Notes under the pieces: model-generated
The model's database searches: none
Told to the model about the DNA's origin: nothing
Seen by the model: the letters and a program-made list of their open reading frames with translations, nothing else
Translations under genes and position numbers: made by a program
Origin: Octopus sinensis
Taxonomy: Eukaryota
Length of the DNA stretch: 64,000 nucleotides
NCBI RefSeq assembly: GCF_006345805.1
Contig: NC_042999.1
Coordinates: 148,738,001-148,802,000 of the forward strand
Direction: 5' to 3'
Shown here: piece by piece, positions 25,996 to 38,192 of the stretch
Layout: each line of letters starts with the position of its first letter
How positions within the stretch are numbered: the first letter of the stretch is position 1

Positions 25996-26363
25996 TATAA
26001 CTTCAGGCCAACCAAAACCTTGTGAGTGGATTTCATACACGGAAACTAAAAGAAAACTGTCATATATTTGTGTGTGTGTGTGTGTCTGTGTCTGTGTGTG
26101 CGTGTGTGTGTGTGTGTGTGTCTGTCTGTATACCCTAACCATCGCTTGGCAACTGGTGTTGCTGTGTTTACACCCTCGTAACTTAGAGGTTTGACAAAAG
26201 ACACCAATAGAATAAGTACCAGGCTTACAAAGAATAAGTCCTGGGTTGATTTGTTCAACTAAAGGTGGTGCTCCAGCATGGCCGGAGTCACATGACTGAA
26301 AGAAGTAAAAGAATCAAAAACTATGCCATTTTAATCCCAAGCAATGCCAGGTATATCTGCTAG
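25570..26363 (+). mobile_element. Putative non-autonomous Helitron carrying a family A SINE (about 25990-26315)
   Basis: 5' A|TCTCCATACT at 25570. 3' decayed hairpin CCCAAGCAATGCCAGG followed by TCTGCTAG|T at 26363. An A|T insertion site with no TSD fits Helitron rules. Confidence 0.45.
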
Positions 26364-26367
26364 TGTA

Positions 26368-26421
<54 letters not shown>

Positions 26422-27074
26422 TACACGAGCAGACTGCGGCCGTACTGGAGCACCACCTTTAGTTGAACAAATCAACCCCAGGACTTATTCTTTGTAAACC
26501 TGGTACTTATTCTATTGGTGTCTATGTATATATATTTCGTTTTGGGATTTGGTTTGCAAGATTCTTTATGCAAGATTCTTTATGTATGTTGAAGCATATT
26601 CTGTTGTGTCTGGGGAGTCATTTTCTTTTTGTGCTTTATAAGAAATAAGTGGAAATTTTACAAGTGAGTATGTTAAATTATAAGGCGCAAAAAGAAAATG
26701 ACTCTCCCCAGACACAACACTATATATATATATATATATATATATAGCAAAAAGTTTTCTAATCTGTTTTCACACACACATACATACAATAGGGTCAAAT
26801 GCAGTCAACTACATCGATTATTTCCTAACAAATATGTCGCTTATACTGATACTGAAATCAATATAGAACTTGGGGTGATGGAACTAAAAATTCAAATTCC
26901 TCTGGGACCAGCTTTGCATTTCCTCTCTGAGGGATAAATAAGTAATAAATTAGTACTAATTTAATTATCTTTCTCTACAGAAGTTCATCTTATTGCCTTT
27001 ATTAAAAATTATTTTAATTAACACACACACCCTTAAACAATTTTCATTAGAAAAAAAACATCAGTAAATAAAAA

Positions 27075-27076
<2 letters not shown>

Positions 27077-27136
<60 letters not shown>
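27077..27136. repeat. Perfect (CT)n microsatellite
   Basis: Read directly from the sequence. Confidence 0.97.
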
Positions 27137-27141
<5 letters not shown>

Positions 27142-27577
27142 GCTGTTGAAGGAATGCAAGTTTAAAGGATAAAAAAAAACAGTCAAAAACATTGAGCAAT
27201 GATTACTCAGACATAATTTTAGATAATGAAGCTCTAATAAGCTTTATTCACCAACAAATCCTGTTGTTATAAGGGATTTATTGCAGTTAATTTTATTTTA
27301 TACAATAAACTAATAAAGACTTTGTTTGACACTCCACATTAGTTCAACAGTAATAATATTCTCCCTAAACAGCACAAGGGATTCGAAAGAAAAAGAAAGG
27401 AAGATGCAATAAATAAATAAACAGTATAAATGTTCAATGAAGTTAATGTCCGAGTAATTAAGATCCATCCACACTTCTCGTTAATAAGCATTATAAATTT
27501 GATAAAATACAAGCAATTATTGTAATCCTCACAGCTAACTGCAAATAATCATCTAAAGTAAATAATCTTCAATAGTC

Positions 27578-27736
27578 GTAGGAGTGGTTGCGTGGTAAGT
27601 AGCTTGCTTACCAACCACATGGTTTCAGGTTCAGTCCCACTGCGTGGCACCTTGGGCAAGTGTTTGCTACTATAGCCTCAGGCTGACCAAAGCCTTTTGA
27701 GTGGATTTGGTAGACAGAAACTGAAAGAGGCCCGTC

Positions 27737-27770
<34 letters not shown>

Positions 27771-27997
27771 GTATGTGTGTGCATACAGTTGTGTCTCTGT
27801 GTTTGTCCCCAACATTGCTTGACAACCGATGTTGGTGTGTTTACGTCCCTGTAACTTAGTGGTTCGACAAAAGGAGACCAACAGAATAAGTACTAGGCTT
27901 ACAAAGAATAAGTCCTGGCGGTTGATTTGCTCGACTAAAGGTGGTGCTCCAGCATGGCCACAGTCAAATGACTGAAACAAGTAAAAGAGTAAAGAGT
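27578..27997 (+). mobile_element. Full-length family A SINE
   Basis: GGAGTGGTTGCGTGGTAAGTAGCTTGCTTACCAACCACATGG...CACCTTGGGCAAG...ACTGAAACAAGTAAAAGAGTAAAGAG. Confidence 0.92.
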
Positions 27998-28139
27998 TGC
28001 CCTCAAACGATTAGAGAAGTTTTTGAACAAAGAAATAAGCACCATTCATGCATGGGTCGTTGTCAGTGCCAGTGGCATGTAAAAGGCACCTTCCAAACCC
28101 CACAATGATTTAATTCAAAATAATATGAATTTTTTATGC

Positions 28140-28525
28140 TTTATTTGTTTCGGCCATTCGACTGTGGCCATGTTGGGGCACTGGCTTGAAGAATTGTTGG
28201 TTGAATGAATCAACCCCAGTACTTTTTTGTTTTTAAAGACTGGTACTGATTCTATTGATCTCTTTTGCCAAACCAGTTACAGGGATGTAAACACACCGAC
28301 ACCGGTTGTCAAGTGGTGGTAGGCGACAAGCACAGACACAAAGAGATATAAATACTTATATGTGATGAGCTTGTTTCCGTTTTCACTGACCACATCCACT
28401 GACAAGGCTTTGGTTGGTCCGAGGCTATAGTAGAAGACAATTGTCCAAGGTACCACACAGTGGGACTGAACCCAGAACCATGTAGTTGAGAAGCAAGCTT
28501 CTTACCACACAGCCAAGCCTGGACC
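28140..28525 (-). mobile_element. Full-length family A SINE, inverted relative to 27578-27997
   Basis: Reverse complement of the same head, body and tail blocks. Confidence 0.88.
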
Positions 28526-29281
28526 TATAAATAAGTATTACATTTGACAGAGTAATCTGAATGTTAAAGAACATATTATATAATGTAGTCGTATATCTGA
28601 GAGAATAAATAATAGGATGGTCATGGCTGGAAAGCCTTTGATCATTGGTCTGTTGGTTTGGCACTGACCTAAGGCTAAACAACATCTAGAACTCAACATT
28701 GTCAATGTCTATATGATAATTTATAAATGTCCTCAACTGATCTTTGAAAACAACACAAAGAAATTCATAAGAGAGCAAAACAAAAAGATTATTAAATTTG
28801 TAATGTTTGCTCCTATCTGTAATGTGATTTCAGTCAGTCCCTCGTGTGCATGCGTGTGTCTGTGTGTCCATATGTGTGTCTTTTACAGTTTTGCCAGTCA
28901 AATATAATAGCACAATATTCTTTCAAGTCCTTGTAATATAATAGGCTACCAGCAGTTCACGCATAGACACACAAACTTACATACGGCTCGTGACAAGGGA
29001 GACAAAGAGGGGAGCAGACAGACGGAGAGACAAACAGTGCAAAAGAGAGCGTGAGTGAATGTATGTGCGTGCATGTGTTGCACCATATGCAAGTTCAGGG
29101 AATTTTAAATATCATCTTCAAAGAGGTGAAATATGCAAAAGTGGTGGTGGTGGTGATAGGGGGAGGAAAATTCTAGTGATGGCAATGGTGGAGGATATGG
29201 GTAACAGTGTTGGAATGGCAGTGCAAGGTTCTGGGAGAGGATGATAGTTACGATGGTAAAGATAAAAACGAGATTTTGAAG

Positions 29282-29313
29282 ACACACACACACGCACATA
29301 CATATATTCATAC

Positions 29314-29345
<32 letters not shown>

Positions 29346-29385
29346 CTACGTACACACATACGCACACACATATGCACATACATAC

Positions 29386-29417
<32 letters not shown>

Positions 29418-29460
29418 CACACACACACACACACACACATACATTCATACATACACATAT
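29282..29460. repeat. Compound (CA)/(TA)/(CATA) microsatellite
   Basis: Read directly from the sequence. Confidence 0.95.
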
Positions 29461-30444
29461 GCAATTAGAGAGCTTCCAAAGTAGCTGTCTGTTTTGCACC
29501 AGACAGACAAGAATGAATTCAGAAAAGTTTGGTAGTGCTTTAAATCTAAATGAATCAAGTTACCAAGAAAAGAAAAATGAAATTTACTCACAGGAGATTA
29601 CACACACACACAGTGTTGTTGCAACATTACACTCCATGGGCCATCTTATCACCCTGGTCAGAATATCTAGCGATAACTGACTTTGAGTAAATAGATACAA
29701 ATGGAATTGTATATTGAAACTGAGAGAATGTTGAAAAGAAGTCAAACAGTGGGATTGCTTAAAAACTAAATCTTGGCGAGAAAAATCTTTTTTAATATTG
29801 AACATCTCAGATTACTGAAAATTATTCTCTTAATATAAAAATATTTCAATAATTTTTTGGCATAAAATAATATAAACTATTATTATTATTATTATTAATA
29901 ATAATAATAATCGTTTAACGTCTGCTTTCCATTCTGGCACAGGTTGGACAATTTGACTGAGGACTGGCGAACCAGAGGGCTGCACCAGGCTCCAATCTGA
30001 TCTGGCAGAGTTTCTACAGCTGGATGCCCTTCTTAACGCCAACCACTCCAAGAGAGTAGTGAGTGCTTTTACGTGCCACTGGCATGAGGGCTAGTCAGAT
30101 GGTACTGGCAATGCCCATGCTCGAATGGTATTTTTTATGTGCCACCTGCACAAGAGCCAGTCCAGCGGCACTAGCAACAACCTCGCTCAAATAATAATAA
30201 TAATAATAATAATCGTTTCTACTAAAGGCACAAGGCCTGAAATTTTGGAGTAGAGGACTAGTCAATTACATCAGCCCCAGTGTTTCCCTGGTACTTAATT
30301 TATCGACCCCCAAAAGGATGAAAGGCAAAGTCAACCTCGGCGGAATTTGAACTCAGAACACAACAATGGATGAAATACTGCTAAGCATTTCATTCAGCAT
30401 GCTAACAATTCTGCCAGCTTGCCACCTTGAATAATAATAATAAT

Positions 30445-30650
30445 AACAAGAGCACTCAGAGAGCGCAAACCTCCACCAAGGCAACACCAACGTCCTCTCA
30501 ACAATTAGCCAGAGATGATTTTTTTAAATGAGAATATCTGAAATAAACTCGACTGCTCTTACAAATGAGAATACTAAAAATGAACCCACCTGCTCTCAAA
30601 AATTAAGTAAAAAAAAAAGCAGGAAAAATAATCCAGAATCCTGGTCTGGT
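30445..30650. mobile_element. One end of a Helentron/DINE-like non-autonomous element (tentative)
   Basis: AACAAGAGCACTCAGAGAGCGCAAACCTCCACCAAGG resembles, from memory, a terminus with ACCTCCGCCAAGG subterminal repeat seen in aquatic animal genomes. The other end is absent; a family B SINE follows. Confidence 0.4.
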
Positions 30651-31667
30651 ACTGAGGTTTGAACTCAGAACATAGCGACATGCAAAATACTGCTAAGCAT
30701 TTCACCCAGCGTGCTAACGATTCTGCCAGCTCACTGCCTTCATAATAATAATAATGATGATAATGTGATAAAGACAAAATGCCAAGAAAAAGGTGAGATA
30801 ACAATACAATAAATTAATAAATAGAAAACATTAAATAAGTAACAACATGAAAGGCCCTCCAACTACATTCACCCTGTTTCACCACCAATGCAACCTTAGA
30901 GTACCCTGATAGAGCAATACAAAAAAAGAGAGAGAAAGTGCTTTCTCCAGTTCTTGGGCACCTTGGGCAAGTGTCTTCTACTATAGCCTCAGGCCAACCA
31001 AAGCCTTGTGAGTGGATTTGGTAAGCAGAAGGTGAAAGAAGCTAGTCATGAGTGTGTGTGTGGGGGGGGGGGTATATCTCATTCAAGCAGTGTGTGTGTC
31101 AATCACCACTGCTTGGTTGACAACCGGTGTTGGTGTGTTTACATTCCCATAACAATAGTAGCTCAGCAAAAGAGCCAACCGAGAAAGTACTGGAGTCAAT
31201 TCTCCAAGGTTGTGCCCCAGCATGGCTGCAATCTAATGACTAAAACAAGTAAAAAAAAATTCAACATACAAAGAGAAAATTGCATATCAGGAAAGATGTA
31301 ATTGCTTATTTTTGTTGCATTTTTATTTTCATAATTATTTTTCTTTTCGTTTTTTTCATTCTGGAAATTAACAAATAACAAGCCTCCCAGTCAAAATTGT
31401 CCACATACCAGTGGAGAAATAGAAATGAGAAAACTGGGTCACATGCAAACCAGAGCAGCAAGGTAGTGTTACTTGAAGTCTTCAATTTCCTGTCAAGAAG
31501 ACAGGTTCCTAAGATTAAATGCTATGTAAGAAGGTGTCTGTCCACTTGACTCTCAGCTCATTCTCAGCTTGTTGTATAAGGATTTTAACTAAGTTCCAGG
31601 TTGAATTTATAGCATGTAACCAAAAAATTATTTCGTATTACATCTTATGTACCATCAACTTCATCAT

Positions 31668-32035
31668 CATCATTTTAAGATTGGCTTTTCCATGCTTGCA
31701 AAAGGTGAGACCTGCTGAAGTAGATTTTCTGTAGCTAGACACTCTTCCTGCTGTCAACTCTCACCTGTTTCCAAACAATATTTTCCCATGGCTGGAAATG
31801 TTTCCACTTAAGATTAGAAATGAAAGAAATCATCTGTATGATGGTGACAGTCATTTTACAACTATCACATAATATCAAGAACACACACACATACATACAC
31901 ACACAAACATGTATCTTATAGGCTTCTTTCAGTTTCCATTTACCACATCTACTCACAGGGTTTTGGTTGGCTAGGAATTATAGCAAAAGATACTTGCCAA
32001 AGGTGTCATGCAGTCGGACTGAACCTGAAAATATA
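31668..32035 (-). mobile_element. SINE with family A head and (GAT)n RTE-type tail
   Basis: A-head blocks at 31920-32030 are joined to a tail ending (ATC)n at 31660-31675. A plus-strand copy lies at 43005-43415. Confidence 0.7.
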
Positions 32036-32037
32036 TA

Positions 32038-32497
32038 CTGTATTTTAACTTGTATACAGAACCCTCGTGTATAAGGAAACCCCTAATTTTGGGGTCTTAA
32101 AATTTGGAAAAAAGGTTTTGATTGGATTATAATACTATCCATGTATAAGAAATACCCATATTTTTTTAACCTAATTTTAAACAAAAAAAAGGGTTACTTA
32201 TATATGTTAAAATATGGTACTTTGAAAGACCCTTTTCAATTTTTCTTCCATCCCCATCCGCCAAACCATACCTCATTCTATTGACTTGTTTTTTATGTTT
32301 TTTTCTTCTCTTTTCTAATTCTCACAAGACAAATTACCATATTTTAACATATGTAAAGAACCCCTAATTTTGGGGGCTTAGAATTTGGAAAAAAAAGTTT
32401 TGTAAGGGATTATAATACTAGCCATGTGTAAGAAACTTCCGTATTTCTTTAACCTAATTTTTGACGAAAAGGGTTCCTTATACATGTTAAAATATAG
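32038..32497. mobile_element. Two Tc2/pogo-like MITE units (32038-32217 and 32337-32497) with a 119-bp spacer
   Basis: Unit 1: TA|CTGTATTTTAAC...GTTAAAATATGG|TA. Unit 2: TA|CCATATTTTAAC...GTTAAAATATAG|TA. The internal sequences are homologous. Confidence 0.85.
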
Positions 32498-33661
32498 TAG
32501 TTGGGGACATGGTTTTGGGTTCAGTTCCACTGCATGGCACATTGGGCAAATGAATGGGAAAAGGATATCATTACAAGAGTTTACCTAAAGCCATCTAAGA
32601 TTCTCCTAATAGCATTCAACATAAGATTTATCAGCAGGCATCAAAGAAATTATGACCTGTAAGAAATACCAACCTAAATCAACCTTGAATCACACCATGC
32701 AATCTTTAAAAGGAAAAGCATACACTTGGTAATATAGTCCTATATATTAGTAAGTCTGGTTGTAGGAAAGGAACAAAAAAATTAGATGGATTAGTCACAG
32801 CTGGAACACCTGCTTCAGCAGAATTGACCTCAAGCTAGACAACAACAAACAGCATCAAATACAACAATGTATAATCAAATAAATATAAAAAAAAAAGGAA
32901 AGAAAATAGGTTTGATGGATCAGGGTTGATATGAGTTGACACAACAGTGACAACATGAAAAGGAAAACAAATAATATAGAAAAAAAATGCAATGTTCCAT
33001 AAAAGAATCCAAATTTCACTTGTGAAGCAATACTTTTTTTTTCCTTTCAAAACAAAGTGAGAAAATAATATTTCAAATATTTGCCTTTGTCAAGGAAAGT
33101 ATTTCAATAAATAGTGTAAGATTATTGTTGCCCTCAAGGAATATCCTATTGCATTCAAACTACTGGAGCACCTTCCTTTATAGCTTGTGAAAAATATTTT
33201 GTTTTGATAACACATGCTATAAAAACATATGCATGTGTGTGTGTATACACACATACATTATGTGTGTGTGCGTGTGTGTGTGTGTGTGCATGTGTATACA
33301 GAGAGAGAAGGCATGTAGCCTAGTGTATATATATATATATAAGTGTGTATGTTTATGCATACACACACACACACACAGATATATACATACATACATATGT
33401 CATTGCCACTGCCACCTGACTGGCTCCTCTGCCAGTGGCATGTAAAAAGCACCATTTGAGCGTGGTGAATGCCAGTACTGCCAGACTATCCCTCGTGCCA
33501 GTGGTATGTAAAAATCATCCACTACACTCTTAGAGGATTGGCATTAGGAAGGGCATCCAGCTGTAGAAACTCTGCCAGATCAGGTTGGAATGGTACAGCC
33601 TCTGGCTTGCCAGTCCTCAGTCAAACCATCCAATCTATGCCAGCATGGAAAGCAGATGTTA

Positions 33662-34410
33662 AAGTAGTACCTTGACTTATGAGTGTCCCAACTAATGAGT
33701 TTTTCAAGATACAAGCCATCTCATGGCCATTTTTTTTTTGCTTTGAGTTGCAAGCTAAACTTTGTGTTACAAGCTAGTTTCAGACACCCCACCGCTAGTC
33801 AGTGTAGTGAACACCACAGTGAATGCCATACCATCTGTCCAGCATCCCATGTCTCTCTCAATAGCTAGACAGACGTGCACATTAGCAAGTGCAAAGATCA
33901 TGAGTAGATTGATAGCTAGACAGACTTGCGCATTAGCAAATGTGAAGATCATTAGTGCTTGATTAGTCGTCGTAGGCTAAAGAAGCATCAGTGTTGTGCT
34001 TGCAGTTATTTTGCAAAACTTTGTTTTTCCAACCCCAGGTCCAAAGAAAGTGAATGCAAAGGACAGTGGGGAGAAGAAGCGAATGATATGCATTGAAATA
34101 AAGAAAGAAATTACTGAAAAACATGACCAAGGTGTGCATGTAGTTGACATGGCGAAGCAGTACGAGCATAGCACTTCTGCGATCTGCACCATACTGAAGT
34201 AGAAGGAGTCAATAAAGTCCTATAACACCAGCCAAAGGCGTTAAAATAATTTCTATACATGAAAATATGGAGAAGTTACTGATGGTGAGGTTGATGGAGA
34301 AGCAGGTAACAGGAGGATACCACGACGGAGGCTATAATCTGCAAGAAGGCATGAGCTATTTATGCTCTTTTGCTGCAGCAGATCCCAGGCACTTGTACAG
34401 ACAAGTCATC
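33662..34410 (+). mobile_element. Tigger/pogo DNA transposon 5' part: left TIR and decayed CENP-B-type HTH transposase
   Basis: TIR-like AGTAGTACCTTGACTTATGAGT. Translation GPKKVNAKDSGEKKRMICIEIKKEITEKHDQGVHVVDMAKQYEHSTSAICTILK*KES, then MEKLLMVRLMEKQVTG and DTTTEAIICKKA, with frameshifts. A tandem duplication of about 51 bp lies at 33861-33960. Confidence 0.9.
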
Positions 34411-34573
34411 ATGGTGTTAGGAAGGGCATACAGCTGTAGAAACACTGCCAGATCAGATTGGAGCCTGGTGCAGCATCCTAGCTTACAAGACCCCAGTCGA
34501 ACCATCCAACCCATGCCAGCATGGAAAACAGACGTTAAACGATGATGATGATGATATATATATATTATATATA

Positions 34574-34760
34574 CTAGCATGGGTTGGACGGTTCAACTGG
34601 GGTCTGGGAAGCCTGAAGGCTGCACCAGGCCCAGTCAGATCTGGCAGTGTTTCTACAGTTAGGAAGGGCATCCAGCTGTAGAAACATTGCCAGATCTGAC
34701 TGGGCCTGGTGCAGCCTTCGGGCTTCCCAGACCCCAGTTGAACTGTCCAACCCATGCTAG
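34574..34760. repeat. 85-bp inverted repeat (fold-back of a family C tail) with a 17-nt loop
   Basis: Arms 34574-34658 and 34676-34760 are reverse complements with 3 transition mismatches. Confidence 0.95.
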
Positions 34761-35853
34761 CATGGAAATCGGACGTTAAACGATGATATATATATATATA
34801 TATATAGGCAAATTCAACAAAAAGAAAAAAAACAACACGATCTGAACACACACACACACACACAATGTTAGATGTAAGCTTCAATTTGAAATGAATTTGC
34901 ATCATATTTTCTGATATCATTTATTTAAATTGTTCCAGTTAGTTGGTAGTGGGAAAGAAATTTGTAGAGACAAAAAGGAAGTAGATTACTCTAATAATTG
35001 ATCCATCTAGAAAATGAACAAACATCCTTGTTGAAGATATCTAGGGTGTGACAGTCACAAAAGCATGTTTGAAGAAGCAATGAATTAGCTTTATCTAAAT
35101 ATAATTCTGAGTAATTATTTTACATAATTGACCTACATAAGAACAATCACAGGATCAGCACCTGAGCTACTTGTATCTGAGTTCCCATTCCAGCATAAGT
35201 TATTAACTTGGCTTTACCCACAGACAACAATATATAAGATATGCCACAAATGTATCTCTATATGGCCATGTAATGTTATGAGAAAAAGCAGTTGAATCTC
35301 CTACAAATCACACTTGAAGCATACATTAGAAAATGTAATTGTTGATTTACAAAATGACAAATATCATCATCATAGGTGAAGTAATGACTGTGTGGTTAAG
35401 AAGCTCACTTTGCAACCACATGATTTTGGGTTCAGTCCCACTGCACAGCACTTTGGGCCAATGTTTTCAACTGTAATCCCAGACTGACCAATGCCTTGGC
35501 GAGTGAATTTGGTAGACAGAAACTCTGTGGAAGCTCATTGCATACATACATATATATATGATGATGATGATGATGATGATATATATATCATCATCATCAT
35601 CATTTAATGTCCACTTTCCATGCTGGCATAGGTTGGATGGTTTGACTGAGGACTGGCAAGCCAGGAGGCTGCACCAGGCTCCAATCTGATAAGGTTTCTA
35701 CAGCTGGAAGTCCTTCCTAATGCCAACCACTCTGAGAGTGTAGTGGGTGCTTTTTATGTACCACCTGCAGAAGTGCCATTCAGGCAGCACTGGCATCGGC
35801 CATGCTTGAATGGTGCTTTTTATATGCCACCGGCACAGGAGCCAATATCTATA

Positions 35854-35998
35854 CGAGTCTCGGACATTTACCCCACTTGGACAATAACCCACATACACAC
35901 AAGGACAATTACCCCTGAGGACAACAGATGATGATTTAAAACTTCTTAATATATTGGAGAGGGGGTAATTAACCAAAGGGGGAAATTGTCCTGATACG
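35854..35998. mobile_element. Small MITE-like element with GGACAATTACCCC subterminal repeats
   Basis: Left end CGAGTCTCGGACATTTACCCC and right end GGGGGAAATTGTCCTGATACG. Three direct GGACA(A/T)T(T/A)ACCC units on the left and two inverted on the right. Confidence 0.6.
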
Positions 35999-37894
35999 AT
36001 ATATATTGGCCCTCATGCTGGTGGCACGTAAAAAGCATGTGTATAAATAATGCATGTGTGTGTGCATATTCATAAAACTATTTCAGTTGATCCTACCGAT
36101 TAATTTTGCACTGAGTATCACTAGATATTACATAACAACATGGTTAAGTAATACCACGTGCTCTAGAGATGGTTTGCATGGAAAAATATGGCAACTGCCT
36201 ATCTATGCCTATGCGAGTATGTATGTATCTGTGTATGTATGTATGTATTTGTAGGTGAGTGTGTGTGTAGGTAGGTTCTCCAGCACTACCGCATATGTAT
36301 ATGTTTTTCACAGTCCACGAATGTCAGGTAGATACAGACTTCAAATAAGATATATAGGTGACATTGATTTCAAAGCATGACACATTCCAACCTCTTTTTA
36401 TTTGATCTGGTGGTGGTTTTAAATCCTTTACAAAGAAACCATTTCCGCTGGAAAAACTAATACATTACTTATACTCATTTGAGAATAGAAATCATAAGTT
36501 CATAGTGTGAGAATATGGAACACGGGGACTCATTTCTTATTCATATATTTTTGCTTGCTTTTCACAACCAGAACAAAGCAACCATAGTACACAGACAGAG
36601 GTATATATGTATGTGTGGTATGTGCACGAGTGCTTGTATACGCGTGTATGTATGTATATATATATATATGATAGACAGATAGATAGAGAGAGAGAGAGAG
36701 GGGGGGAGGGAGGGAGGGAGAGAGAAAGAGAAAGAGAGAGACAGACAGACAGATAGATAAATAAATAGATGTGTATGTATTTCTATATACACGCAGTAGT
36801 TATTCAGGTAACGTTTTCTTCTTTTTTTGTATTCTGGTGCATCAATTTAAAATACCTTGTTACTATGTAAAGGAATCTATTTTTGATCTCCATGTGATTA
36901 TCCTCTATTGATCTGCAATCTATTTCAGACCATCACCAGCACAACTACAAAAACACCAACAACAGCACAGAACACACACACATACAAAGACAAGAACAAC
37001 AGCACTAATAGAAGTAACAACAGCAACAATAACAACATGAATAAAAATCAACCACAACTATATCAACACTGCCAACAACAACAACAACAGCAGCAGCATT
37101 TGGAGAAATAACAGCAACAACAAAGCCAACAACTTATCAATACTGCCACCAACCACAATACCTTGGCAGGAAGTAGTTAATTTCCTTTATCTGACCCCCC
37201 TCACCACTCCACTACCTGCACCACCTCTTTGGTATTAGGACAAGATTTTGGCAGAATGACACTGCAATAAATATCTAAACCCTGGTAGAGAAGTGAGAGG
37301 AAGAACCCTGAAGAGAAAGAGTAATTTCTATAATAAAACCTGATTGCACATCACCACTGGACAACAAACAATGGTGTGTGTGTGTGTATATAACAAAGAG
37401 GTTTGGTACAACCACACTATTCACAGCATGATTAAAGAGTAAGGACACGGTCACCAAGGACAGACAGACAGGCAAGGACTCTCTTTCAATGACAGAAAGT
37501 GTGCCAGACGAAATCCAATACAGTATTTAGTTCTTCATTCTTGAGTCACAGTTCTAATTCGAATTTCTCCAAGCTTGTTTATACCTTTCATCTCTTCAGA
37601 GGTTGGCAGACAAAATAAGTCTTTCAAACACTGGCACGAGGAAGAGCAATTTTGAGGGAGGAGGGTAGGGGTAGTCAATTACATCACCCTCAGTGCTAAA
37701 CTGGTACTTATTTTAATAACCTTGAAAGGATGAAAGGCAAACTCAACCTCAGAGGGATTTGAACTCAGAATGTAATGAGTTTGGAAGAAATGCCAGTAAG
37801 CATTTTGTCTGACACTAACAATTCTGCCAGCTCACCATTTAGTTGATAGACAAAGTGACTCTTTCTACTATAGGCACAAAGCCTGAAATTTGGT

Positions 37895-38192
37895 TTGTTC
37901 CTTCTTGAGCCATGCCTGGCTCATAAGGACCAGTTTCCTGGTTTCTTTGGCGTATAGGTTCCCCACCTGGATGGGATGCTGGTCCATCGCAGGTGAGCTG
38001 CAATATGCAGGAGGAATGAGTGAGAGAAAGTTGTGGTGAAAGAGTCAGCAGAGGTTCACCATTACCTTCTGCCGGAGCCGCATGGAGCTTAGGTGTTTCG
38101 CTCATAAACACACACATCACCCAGTCTGAGATTCGGACCCATGATCCCTCGACCACGAGTCCACTCTCTAACCACTAGGCCATGTGCCTCTA
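37895..38192 (-). mobile_element. tRNA-derived SINE ('family D') with 13-bp TSD, nested in a family B SINE (37861-38385)
   Basis: Direct repeat CCTGAAATTTGGT at 37882-37894 and 38193-38205. Head reads GAGGCACATGGCCTAGTGGTTAGAG...GGGTCCGAATCTCAG. Confidence 0.93.

Noticed and set aside
29105-29680. H/T- and C/V-rich ORFs up to 157 aa
   Set aside because: CA/TG microsatellite artefacts.
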